Shown: one piece after another, positions 1 through 13,801 of the stretch | How the letters are laid out: each line of letters starts with the position of its first letter | Position numbering within the stretch: position 1 is the first letter of the stretch | DNA from: Zygnema circumcarinatum SAG 698-1b | Taxonomy: Eukaryota > Plantae > Zygnematophyceae | Length of the DNA: 64,000 bases | Assembly: GCA_037447605.1 (NCBI GenBank) | Contig: CM074808.1 | Coordinates: 1,054,001-1,118,000, forward strand | Direction of reading: 5' to 3' | Translations under genes and position numbers: made by a program | Notes under the pieces: model-generated | What the model was told of the DNA's origin: nothing | What the model saw: the letters and a program-made list of their open reading frames with translations, nothing else | The model's database searches: none

Positions 1-1
1 C

Positions 2-673
2 CGCCTTTCAAGAGCAGGAAAGTGTGAGCCCGAGCAGAGCGCCACATGCGTTGCAAACATGCTGCTTCCGTACTGCGTCTTGCAGCCTAGGACGCTGTCT
101 CCTGCCCCATCTCTCACTAAGCAGGATCAGGAAGCCATGAGGAGTATGGCTGGAGAGTGGCGCCTCGCGCAGGAGCTAAACAGCTCCACGTTGCTTCAGA
201 GGCCCTCTGCAGGGATGGAGCAGGGAGAGGGGAGGGAGGACGATTTGAACAGCGAGCCTGAGGTGGAGAGCTTCTGTTTGAATTCAAATAGTCAAAGCTC
301 AGGGGTGCTCGCATGGCTTTTCACCAACCCCAAAAGTGCCGCTAGTAGTGAGGGCTGCAGTAGGAGGGATCACAGGAAGACAGGTAAGAGTGATTCGAGA
401 GGTAAAGGCAGCCGTGGCTCGGGGGAGCCTGAACGCAGTGCAAGAAATTGTGATACGCGGTCGTCGAAGTGGTATCCTGCGCTTCCAGTGGTGCTGGAAG
501 GAGATGGCCGCCACAGCCCTAATGCGCAGCAGAAGCAGGTAGTTGGGAAGGAGGGACGAGAGGGGAAGAGAATGGAAGTCACTCCTCGAGGCTGCAGGGA
601 AGGGAAGCAGGTGGCGACGACCCTGACAGACATGGAACGGAAAGGGATGAGGTCTTTCCTGCAGCGGCACTAA
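2..673 (+). CDS. Unknown low-complexity protein, 5'-partial (last exon), with W-x-P-x-L-x-x-V-x-E motif
   Basis: Frame is open from position 2 to TAA at 671-673. S/G/E/R-rich composition. Contains KWYPALPVVLEGDG, matching KWRPKLESIIEGEG in the gene at 7061-8400. Confidence 0.55.
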   Translation, partial: RLSRAGKCEPEQSATCVANMLLPYCVLQPRTLSPAPSLTKQDQEAMRSMAGEWRLAQELNSSTLLQRPSAGMEQGEGREDDLNSEPEVESFCLNSNSQSSGVLAWLFTNPKSAASSEGCSRRDHRKTGKSDSRGKGSRGSGEPERSARNCDTRSSKWYPALPVVLEGDGRHSPNAQQKQVVGKEGREGKRMEVTPRGCREGKQVATTLTDMERKGMRSFLQRH

Positions 674-2496
674 GAGTTGTTGTCGGACACACCTCCTTCT
701 CTCTCAAATGTAAAAATTTGCAATTGGCGGTGGTCAGACAGGGTCTTAGTGAAAGTTGATATATTTTCGTCGTCGATATATTTTTACGAACTGACGATGG
801 TTTCACAAGCAGTTTTTTGTAGTTTGGAAGTGTTTAAGTCCTCGTCACCGCTGCAAGAGTGGAGGCCTGGCTTGTAATTATAAGGTAATGGACGTGGGGG
901 GGGTGAATAGCTACGATCTGCGTTGTCGTTCAATTGTTTGCAAGGTGTCCCTCCGCACCAGCTGTTGGTGTTCTGTCTGCCTTTCCATCAGTTAGTTGCC
1001 GGAGTAGGCATGACCATGGCCATAGCCAGTTTGTAGTCGTACAAATAGTACGACTGCACGCTTGTACTGTACCATGAAACGTTCAAGGCACACCTGGTAC
1101 GGATTTGGATTGTGAAACACATTTGTTTTTCATGGCATGTTCCGTGTTTTGTATGCATTGCAATGTCTCGTCCCTTGTGATCCTTCGCACCTTGCATGCT
1201 GTCCTTTCAAAAGCATGACAATATTGAATGTAAGTTTCGCTCCAAAGCACGTTGTGCAAGGGAAGTTCCACACCGCCCTTTCCCATATTCACAATTTGAA
1301 ACACTGTCGGCATTCCGTAATGGGAAGTTTGCAATACATGATCTGCTCTCTCGTGCATGCTCTGGCCATTGTAGAGCGTGCCCATCCATGTGAACTAGCC
1401 CCCGACGAGCAAGCACATAACCCAGCCTTTATTCGATAGAGAAAATATCAAATGGAAAGGAGGAAGATAGATATTCCCGGGGGTCTTTAAGGCGCAGGTG
1501 CAGGCACAGGCCCAAGAGGCGCTGACACCGACGCCGACACAGACACACACAGCCAGTCACACAGACGCAGACACTACGATGGCAATTCTGAACAGTAGCA
1601 GGACACAAAAAGTTCCCGGCGATAGCACACTGACTCATCAGTATCACATCGACCATGCAGAATTGTAAAATATTATCAACGAGACACTGGAAGACTTGCA
1701 CTGATAACTGATGCTAAAAGGCATATAAACGGCAAGGATTGGTTTAGACATCATGATAGCGTTTAGACCTTATGATGGCATCGCCGTCATGAGATCAATG
1801 CCGACTAGTTTTTTCACGGAAGGCAAGTGCATTTGGAGTCCAAATGCTTCTCTCCGCGTTCAACAGCACATGTAAATTCTAAAATTGTACAACCTCCTCT
1901 TCACAGATTCCGACTGGGATCATTACAGTTCCCATTAAGCTCTTTCGAATTCCTACAAGCTGCTAAGAAAGTGAGTGAGTCATACTATGTGAAGTCGAAA
2001 GGGTAGAACACTGGATATATGAATCAAGGTTTTTATTAAAAACGCAAAAGAGCATTCTCTAAAAATGGATAGGAAGATATATTGGACTGATAAATGCCAA
2101 CGTCATGTATAACTCTACATTTAAGTATGCAGTTAATAAGCACACCAACTTCAAGAGCTATTACAGACTTAAGTATACACCAAATCTGACAGCTCGCCCA
2201 TCCCCTCAATGGTTGAAGGGTAGACAGGGAATATCGCAGGCAACCCAAACAGCAGCATCCTGGACATCCATCATTTCAGGTCAAACATTTTGAGCACGAA
2301 TCGATCTCCAGCAGACCGCACAGAGCTTTTCCCGACGCAAACACACAGGTAGTGAACGCTCCTTCCACTTCATTTCATTCCAAAAAAATCTACATGGACG
2401 CTTGCGGGCCGGCGTAAGTATAGGACCCACCAAGTGCTCCCCGACCACATCCGACACTGCCTTGCCACCTTCACTTCGAAGCTCAATTTAAGCAGC

Positions 2497-4593
<2,097 letters not shown>

Positions 4594-5217
4594 GGCGGCG
4601 GGCGGGCAGCTGCGGCAGCCACGGGAGGGAGGAGGGCGCGGCGGGGAAGAGGACGAGCGCCGGGAGGGAGGGGGGCCTTCAGCGAGGGAGGAGGAGCGGG
4701 ATCGACGGTCGGGAGAGGGCGGGGGGAGATCGACGGCGGAGGGCGCAGCTGGATTCTAGGGTTGGGCTCGTGATTGTGACGGGGAGGAGGGTGAGGTTCC
4801 GTGTCAACGCTGCGCAGTCACATGGAACGGCGTTCAATTTGAGCCCATGTGTCGCTCAGTTCGTGAATTTACGGGTTTCCTCGAGTCATAGAATTTGGAT
4901 TCGATAAGCTGTACTTATCGTTGAAGAATCGAGGTACAGTAGTGTATTGTATCGAGGTATACGATATCAGCGTAGCATTAACAATGTAATCGATACATAT
5001 ATCGTATTGCAATGCCGGATGTATCGGATATTTTCGGATGTATTATTTGTATTTTGCTAGAATCGACTTGTTTAGCACTTCAGATATTTGATGTGCATCG
5101 CCAATCATTAGCCGTACGATATTTTCCAACTCGACAGGCTGCGGACGGTTCTTGAGCGGATTAACGACCAGGCAAATCCGGATAAAATATTACGGAATTG
5201 CTGACTATCGCTGACTG

Positions 5218-5828
5218 CCGCTAAAACCGAACAGGTTGAGAAAAAAGAAAAAAGATTTTGGCTTCTCAAAAACAAAAAACTTTCAAAACGAGTTTCTCAA
5301 AAAAAAAAAAAAAACCCTATGTTTGTGAATACGATTCATTTTGAGAAATGATGAACTTTGAACACGCGAGGTCGAAACGTTTTCGATTTAAGAAAACGAA
5401 AAGTTCAGAAGAAAGGGTTCAAAACCTCAACAAGTTCGGTCGCCCGTGTGGATTACAATTTTTGCCACGTTGGTTCAGTGCGATTTGGGGAGACCCCATT
5501 AGCCCGGACCCCATTTTTTCTGCACGACTCTTCCCGCGAGCCGATCAACAATGTCTGTACGAAACTCCGGGTCCACGCGCTTTGAGATCCGCTAAAATCT
5601 CATTATTGATCGGTGGACCCAAGGAAAACTCAAATTAAACACGAATGATTGGTTCTCCATAAAAAATTGTTATTGGGAGAAAAATTTAGGCATTCATTTC
5701 TCATTTTTTAAAATGAATCGTGTTCACAAATATATGTAATTTCTTTTTGAGAAAGTGACTTTGAAAGTTTTTTTTGAGAAGCCAAAAATGTTTAATTTCT
5801 TTTTTTCTCAACCTGTTCAGTTTTACGG
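5218..5828. mobile_element. MITE-like non-autonomous TIR element, family A copy 1 (~130-bp TIRs)
   Basis: Left end CCGCTAAAACCGAACAGGTTGAGAAAA...GATTCATTTTGAGAAATGA is an imperfect inverted repeat of right end ...AAAATGAATCGTG...TTCTCAACCTGTTCAGTTTTACGG. Homologous, inverted copy at 37603-38189. No clear TSD. Confidence 0.85.
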
Positions 5829-7060
5829 TAGGCAGGAAAACTTTGAAACCAAGATTTTTAGAGCTGGTTTCGAGCTGGTTCTTGAAGTTCGCTCAAGAAG
5901 ATTGCTTTTTTGGGTGCTGTTCAACATTTGAAAAAGGCAAACAAGGGTGTTCCTACGCGACAGCCCCTTGGAGGGCATTGGACGGCTCAGATCACGCCGA
6001 TCCGCATTTCGCAAAACTGCACCGATGATCGAAACTGCCACGTGGCGCAGTTTTGAGCGCGAGCGGTTGAACCATTGCACAAGTCGTCGCCGCGAGTCCA
6101 CAAGTCCAACGCAGAGCTACGGTACGGTTGTTCCTTCCTAGAATCCTCGTTCAATTTACCTCACCAAAATTGACCCCTTTCCCCCTCCCTCCCCCCCCAA
6201 GGAGTCCACCGGTCCACCCGCGCTGGGTCCACCGCCCCGTCCCCCCGCGCGGCTCCGAGCGAAAATTCCTTCAGTTCGCTCCCGCGCCGGCCCGCTGTCC
6301 CTCGCACCGTACGGCCCCAGATCCGCCCCGTCATCCTCACGTGATGGTCGCTAGCCACCGACCAATCTGCCGGTCCCCCTTGACGCTACGCTCCCCGCAA
6401 CTGCTGCACGGAGCCGCTCCGCCCCGAGGCCGTTTCCGCCCGCCCGCCCGGCCGTAACGCCGAGCCGCGCGCCACCCTGGCTTCGTCCGCTTTCAACGCC
6501 GTCGGCCCGTTGCGCGCCGCCGCGTGTCCGCGGGGCGCGAGCTGGCCGGGGAGGGAGGGAGGGCCTCCATCAAGGGGGCGCGCGTGGCCGGGACCGTACA
6601 ACAGCTGTCGCATGGAATCGCGGCGCGCCGCGTGGCAGCCATCGCCGGGCCCGCCCGCGGGCACGGGCGGTCAGATTCTGCGCCCGCCCGCCCGCCCGCC
6701 CGGCCGGCCGGGGCAGTCTGTCGGGGGGGCCTCCACGCGGCGCGGCGGCTGCCTAAGTACGCCGCGCGCAACCTCTCGCCCGCCAGTCAGTCGGACCGCG
6801 CGGGGGAAACTGCGGCTGCTCGCTGCAGAGAGAAAGGGAGAGGGAGGGAGAGGGAGAGAGTTAGGGGGGAGAGGGACTGAGGGTGGGAGGAGGTTGGAGG
6901 AGAGACAGGAGAGAGGAGACTTGGTACAGAGGCACTTGGTGAGGCAGGAGAGGAGAAAGGAGAGGGAAGGAGAAGGGGAGAGGGAGGCGGGGCCTGCGGT
7001 GGGCTTGGAGAGACGGAGGAGGGAAGAGAAGGGAAGGGGGAGGGGGTGAAGGGTGAGGTA

Positions 7061-8400
7061 ATGACCACTATGAGGAAGATGGGCTTACGTTTGGTGATAG
7101 AGGAGTGTGAGGGGACTGGGAAGTCAATGCGATCCCCACGGAAGGGTGCGCAACAAAGGAGGCAGCTGCTTCTGCTGAGAGGGGAGCGCCATGACTCGGG
7201 ATATGGCGGTGCTGCACGGTGGAAGGATACTGGCCTGGTAGGGTTCCACCTCCTTGCCGCGCTGCTCAAATGACGGTTTTGTGAGAAAATATGATTTTCT
7301 GCAGATTTTGAAGGCCATTGATTTCAGCCATGATTTAGTGTCTTGTTCGCTTGAGTATGACCTGTACTATCGTAACTTACAATGTAGAGGTTATAATTTA
7401 GCTAAGGTGTTTTTCTTATGACTGGTGTCTGGAGATACCAAGGCATTGGACGGTTTCTTGTGCAGTTCGAGCTGTGGCGGAAAAGGGAGAGGGAGAGAGT
7501 GCGGGAGTGAGGGCTCAGGGAGGGAGGGAGAGTGGTAATGGAACGGGAGTGTTTATCTCTCCTAGGGTTTGCTTTCGAGGCATTACTTGGGCATTAGGCA
7601 TTACTTTCGATTGATTCGTGGAAGAGCGTGCCTTGTGTTGCTTGAACTCTTGTTTAGTAAGCAGAACAAACCTGTGCTTTTTTGGAACTCTGATGACAGA
7701 CATGGTGTGGCTTGAATCAGCCCATTCATGCAGCGAAACTGTTCAAATTGATCATGGCAGCTCTGGCCATCAGCTTGTCTCGGTTTGCATTGTCTTAACT
7801 TGCCCGACTCTCAAGTCTAAGATGACTTGCATGTCCCTATCTCGGATCGCTATACCCTATCTTGTGACAGGAACACCTTTCCTAACCCTTGTCCTTTACT
7901 TTGAACGGTTTTTGCAGAACTTTAACCAAAGGCTTTCGCCGACTTTTCAGAACTCAGAAGAAGAGCAGGATGGAGAATTGTCTCCCAGCGGCCTCATGCA
8001 ATTCCGGGGCTTCAGTCGGGCATGGAGACGAGCTCAGAAGAGAGTGGAAGCGTTGTCTCCTGTGGTAGACGACGAGGAGGATTTGGAAGCCGACATAGAG
8101 GAGGGGTTGGAAGACGAGAACTCACACGGTTTTGAGGTGGGAGCGAGAGAGAGCAGGACCTGCATCTCGAGTCCTCGAGTACGAGAAAACTCATCTTTCG
8201 TTGCCTACATACAAATCCGCAGACCTGCGGCGAGTGGATCCTCCTGCACTGACGCCAAATGGCGGCCGAAACTGGAGAGCATTATCGAGGGAGAGGGGGC
8301 AGTCGGCTATGAAGCAGTCGGACGGCTGGGAGGGAGAGCAAGATCGCGGCTTCTTGAATCGCGATTGAGAGTGAGGAACGGAGACCTTGGACCCCCCTGA
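7061..8400 (+). CDS. Unknown ~219-aa disordered protein with WRPKLESIIE motif, 2 exons
   Basis: Exon 1 7061-7237 (donor CTG|GTAGGG) joins in phase 0 to exon 2 7918-8400 (acceptor TTTTGCAG, branch-like CTAAC at ~7882). A GA-rich leader precedes it, as in other genes here. Exon 1 is less certain than exon 2. Confidence 0.6.
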
Positions 8401-11400
8401 AGCCTGCTGCCACTCGCCGGCTCTTTTTTCCCTCATTCGGCTTCGTTGAAGAACTACTGCGACCGGATAGCTGTCGGTACTTCTTCAGGCGAAGCGCTTG
8501 AGACTCGGCAGGCATCCATCAGCCTGTGGACAGGGCGGCTGGCTGGACGCTTGGGCCGTACCGTACGGAGCCAATGTCCTGCAAGCCGTTGGGCCCTTTC
8601 AAGTTCCTGGAGGGCTCATTGGACGCGGTCGCTTCTCCTTCCGTTCCACCATTCATTCATTGGTTCAATGTCTCCTACATTTTTTTGCCAATCGCTGGCT
8701 CCTTTCGATCCGATTACTTGAGAAGGATATATAGTTAGCGATGAAGGCACGCCCTTCATCCGGTAGAAGAGTGTAAAAACGAGATTTAGATTGGCTTGAT
8801 GGAGCGCTTTTAGGTTTGGAATTTGCATATAATGTGCATAGGGAGTGATCCTTGCAGTATGCATCTACAACGGTTCTGTGTGTAGTAATAACTTTTTTTT
8901 TCAGTGTATTGTCCAATAAATGTTTCTTACATTACTACAGTAAAGATGTTATCCAATGCTCAACGAGTTCCATGCTATTGCCAATGATCATCTTGTGGAA
9001 TTTCCCATGGAGTCATTTTTTGTGTGGTGCGCGCTTCCTTCCAGTGGAGGTTCAAGCAAAGACATACGGAAAATCAGTACAGGCACGTACGGACGGAGAT
9101 TTGAAAATGACCGTACCGAAGCATTGAAGTACGGAATAGCGGCGGCCAATCAGATTCGCGCCGGCTAATGCCGCCGGCCGTCCAGCCGCCGACCGAGATA
9201 GCCGGTGGTCCGTACGATTAGCTGGCGCTGACGTGACACAAAATTCAGGCTGCCGAGATAAAATAAACGGCTTTTTGTCGGCCGGCAGAGCGGCGACCGG
9301 CAGGCAGGCGGGCGGGAGACCGGCGAGGACTGCCCGCGGGAATGAATGCATGCATGTGACCTCAGAGGGCGACCAGATGCCGACCGGGCCCAGAGGTGGC
9401 CCAGTAAAGGATGTGGCATTGATCCGTGTACAGTACATGGACAAAATCAGCATGGGAAACCACGAGGAACTGGTCACGAAGGACCAAGGACAAAAAAAGA
9501 GAGCTAGGGGCGGAAAACTTCGCCGAGGCGCAATTACGCAGCGCTCCCTAGAAGCCGCCGCGAAGGTCGCCGATGTGCGGCACATTGCGCGGAGGGAGGG
9601 AGGGAGGGAGCGGCGGAAGGCCACCGACACGCACGGCCACCAACAACCAAGCGCGGCTTCACGCCGAAGGAGCGGAGAAGCGAGGAGGAGGGCACCGCTC
9701 AAGGGCGGAAGACGGACATGCGCTGTCGCTAAAAAAACAGCGAGCACCTTTCCGGGGCCGTGCGCGCATCTCCACGCAGCGATCGATGGGCGCACTAACC
9801 AAGGACAAACGGGCGTCGAGGCATCCACAACTCGCAACAGCCATAAGAACAAACTCGTCGGCCGCGTCATGTCACGTCACGTCACGGTGGGCATATGCGC
9901 GCCCTTTGTGAAAATGCGTAAATCCTTAATACGACACCGCTGCTGAGTCAGCATACCCTAAGGAATGTACACGTGGCGAGGCTCAGATCCTCTCTACCGT
10001 ACGATACTCGCTCACATGCAACTTTTTAAAGCCCCTTTGTCCTCGCGCGCCTTGGGCGAGGTGCCGTGTCCTGTCGGCCTCGCCCGCAAATGGCCCGATC
10101 ACGTGGGGACGGACGGACATGCCGTGGCGCACGTGCGGAGCGGCGGCCCGGCCAGAGGGGGGGCGGCGCGGCCAGCCGGGCGGGCGCGCAACTTGCAAGC
10201 GGTCCCGCCGCTCGTACGGAGCACTGCCCGCAACCGACAAACCGAAGCCTTGGCGGAGCTCCGCAAGGCAAAGCCGAGCCCGCCCCGCCCGCGAAACACG
10301 CATCCGACGTGGCGCGGGTCGACCCGCCTCGCGCCCTCGCGAAAACGCGGCGCGTTCCACATAATGCAAACGTGGCAACCACGTCAGCGCCACGTGGTCA
10401 TAAACGCCCTGATGGACGAAGTCGCGCGCGACGCCAAACTACCACATGGAGCGTCGCCAGTTTTCTTTGTTGGCGGTCGCGGCCCTCCGGCCCCGTTTTC
10501 CTGCCGGTTTTGCGGGCGGCCAACTGCCGCCGACGGGCCGGCCACGAAGCCTGCTGATTGGTCCTGCAGGAAACAGGCCCGTGCGCGTAGACTGTGCGCT
10601 GTGCCCGTACTCTTGTCATCCCATGCGGGTCGTTTCCATTTGTCACAGTGATACAGGATCATTGCCCATGCGTCCAAACTGGAACTGGACCTTTTTTGAC
10701 TACAGTGGCATGTGTACAGTCGGGTGGCATCCTTTCCTTGTAAGCACGAACGGAACCTGACTCCTGCACTGCGCTGCGCAGTACAGTACTGAGGCGAGGC
10801 TCTGGCTCGCCCTTCAGGACCATTTTCATGTTCATAAGGGCCGGATGCTGTGGAGGACCAGAGAACGGAACACACACTCACACACACACACTCGCGTCGT
10901 TTGTGGCTGTGTCGAGCTGCACTATCTTCAACAGCATTTGCAAGTTTGGCTTGCACGGTTTGGAACATAGGCTAACAATTTCAGGGAATTGAGTAATTGT
11001 GAAGAGGGACGCTGAAGTGGAGCAGAACATACGTCGGCATACGTCGCCTTCTTTCACATTACTGCATCAAGTCTCTTGTCTTGTAGCGAGTTGCTTTCAG
11101 CATGCTTATGTGCCAGAATTTATAAGGGGACAAGGACGAAGTCCAAGGGACTTAACCTTCTGCTAGAAAACAAGAATGGAAGAAAACACTTCCTTGGCAA
11201 CGTTAAGCCGCTCGTGACTCAATTTCATAAGAATTACACCATACAATTGCACCAGCAAGTGGCCCAACATACAAGAACGCCCTCCGTAAGCACTACCTTT
11301 TTAATTGCAAATGATTGTCAACCATGTCCCAGCTAAGCCGGGACCAAGGGTGTCTATCTCCCCATACTGCTTAGCTATACTGCTCCCTTGCGACCTGCTC

Positions 11401-11506
11401 TACATGTTGCCGTCCTGGCAGAATAAAAAGAGAGCTGTAGCACAGATGTCGCCAACGAGCTCCATCCTCAGTGTAGAAGAAGCTCTCCTGCCCGTCCTGC
11501 ACTTCT

Positions 11507-13473
11507 CTATTCCCACTCTTGCTGGTCATTCGAAGCAGGTGCAGGCGGGAGGAGGGTCAAGAGAACTCTGCCAAATGTCTGCAATTTACTAGCTGCAACG
11601 GCGCTTCCAGCCGCAAGAGTCAATCCCACCTCGGAGCTTGAGGATGGCACTACATAATAACTCTCAGCGTTCACATCTGTGCTTCCCCTGTCCACTACCA
11701 GTAGAAGAGGATCTGCAGACTTAACAATCTCAATTGCTGGAATTTTGTGTGCCTCAGTCACTAAAATGGCCACAGGTTCCTTCGCATTGAGGAGTGAGGG
11801 CCACCCTGGAAGTGATATCCATTGGCAGCCCAAGGCGGGCGTGAAAAGTCTGAATGGTCCTTCCAGATCTGAACGGATTGAAGCGCTTTCCATAGCTGCT
11901 GCGTCGAGCTCCTCTAATTTGCCCAGGACAGGGACCGGCCTTGACACCGTCTCGTCCTGCAGCAAGCGGACGATGGGCAGCAGCGCCACGACAGGGAGAG
12001 GTTCAGGAGGTTCCTCTCCCTCCCCTATGCCAAGGGCATATTCCAGCTTTGCCCGAGCAGGAGCAGTTTCTGCCTTAGCCAGAGCCTTGGTCAGCGTGGC
12101 CTCCTTTTCCGCATCCGAGCGGCATTCCTTGCTCTGTCGATAAAGTGCAAACGCCAAGCAGTCTCCAGGGGCGGTGCTGCATACAGAAACCCTCAGGTGT
12201 AGAGTGATTGGGCGGATCGACTAAAGCTCATACAGTGTTCAATACTGAATTCCATTTTAGCATGACCTAGGACCTTTTAGCGAATGTACGTTTTTTTTGA
12301 AAGCTACTCTAAAGAGGAACTCATCACCGTAAGATTAGAGATTGCCAAGAAAAAGAACAGGGTTAGTGAAAAGCAGGAGCTAAAATATCTGTCCTCTTCT
12401 CAAAACAAAAATCGCTTCAAAGTTCAACCATTACAAAGCGGCTCAGGCAAGAAGCCCTGGAATCAGTCCACTTGCATGATAGGAGAATTGTCGCTGACAG
12501 TCAACGACGACGAATCCATCATCCCTAAAAGAAATAAAAGGTGATATCTATGCTTTATCTTGTCTTCACTGCATTCTAAGGTTTTCCAAAATGCACATAC
12601 ACTACCTAAGTCCCACGCATACAATAGCTCAACAAAAGTGCTGTAGGCCAACGCTGTGAATGAATTAAAAGATTTGCTCATTTCAAGTTTGACGGAACGC
12701 CGCTGCCATCCCGCACTCCTTTATCCTCAAACCAAAACATTATTGTAATAAGCAACTGACGCATTGCAAGGTAGAGGCCGGGGATATCACCTGAAAGACG
12801 CACGGCCTTCCTCCCGCTTTCTCCGTTCATGCTCCCTCATCGCCTTTGAGAGTTCCCTAGCCCCCTTTGCATCAAGGCGTTCCCGAATTACATAATTTGC
12901 TGCATCGCACCTCTCTTCCGCTGAAAGAGTGCGAAGCTCATAAAGCACTTCTGCTCCCATCGCATCAAAGTAAGCAAGGCTGCTAGGTGGCATTCCAGAT
13001 GCCTGCAATGACTTGTACACCTGCGTCGCCACCACAATCGTATTCTGCTCCACTCCATTCATGCCACAGACCTCATCAATAACTGAAGGAGCGAATCCCT
13101 CCCTCTGCAGGGATGTCAGCAATGGTGCATATTCGTGCCACAGCCCCCTTCTCTCCCTCAAAATGTCGAGCCTCTCCTGTGAGGATAAATTTGAAGTCTC
13201 GTCTCTTTCCTGAGCCGGCGGCCTGAAAGGCAAGTAAAGATCCGCAGCAGTGGCACTGCCAGTGGGGGGAACATACAACTGTGGACGACGACCTCCACCA
13301 GAAGCTTTTACTATTTCAGACCCCAGAGGAGCCCGAGCGGGGCGCATTGCCACGCTTGCCGGCCATGGCGTGCCCTGCTGAGCAGTCCGACAGAGCTCCG
13401 AGCCTCCCAGGAGTCTCCGACTGCCATGGCTGGCCAATCCCGAGGACATCGGAGAGCTCAGGATTGCAGGCAT
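11507..13473 (-). CDS. RAF1: Rubisco accumulation factor 1, plastid, 2 exons, 450 aa
   Basis: Exons 13473-12791 and 12176-11507 (1353 nt). Motifs LYLPFRPP, ERRGLWHEYAPL, EQNTIVVATQVYKSL, LYELRTLS, PGDCLAF, WISLPGW, acidic Trp C-terminus QQEWE. S/R-rich transit-peptide-like N-terminus. Confidence 0.93.
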
Positions 13474-13801
13474 GATAGCGGCTTTCTAATCTCAATAGGA
13501 GGTCTTGCGGGATGCCCCTTCTTCTCAGCGGCCTGCAGACTTGACGGGCAGACGCAGAGAAAAACCACAGCGTTAGACCCTTGACGGCTCCTCCTTTCTG
13601 CTTCAGAAGATATTTTAGGGTTTGCAGATCGCCAGGCTGTGCAGGATCTGAGAGCAGGCGCCGTACGGGGCCCGGTCGGTCGCTTTTTTGTAGCGGGCCA
13701 GCCAAGCAGGCCTCTGTTAGGGCTCTCCCTTATTCACCTCTCGCGTCTCCCTTCACCACCCTCGCGCTGCCTCGCTTTTCTTAGAAGAGGACGAGTACAA
13801 G
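13474..13801. promoter_or_regulatory. Short bidirectional promoter shared by RAF1 and ALDH6
   Basis: 328 bp between divergent ATGs. Contains TTAGGGTTT telo-box (~13615), GGGCC site-II-like motifs and a CCGTAC. Confidence 0.6.

Noticed and set aside
988-1701. Short ORFs between the first gene and RPL8
   Set aside because: No homology, motif or exon structure; likely UTR or intergenic.
5348-5638. Similar ORFs at 5348-5638 and 37809-38099
   Set aside because: Similarity reflects DNA homology of the MITE A copies; indels shift frames and there is no transposase motif.
6128-7049. Overlapping long ORFs rich in Arg/Gly/Pro/Ala
   Set aside because: Expected in GC-rich promoter DNA and GA-rich leader; no domain signature.
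9052-10968. 200-270 aa ORFs on both strands
   Set aside because: Stop-poor GC-rich DNA open in many frames, with no recognisable domain or splice structure.
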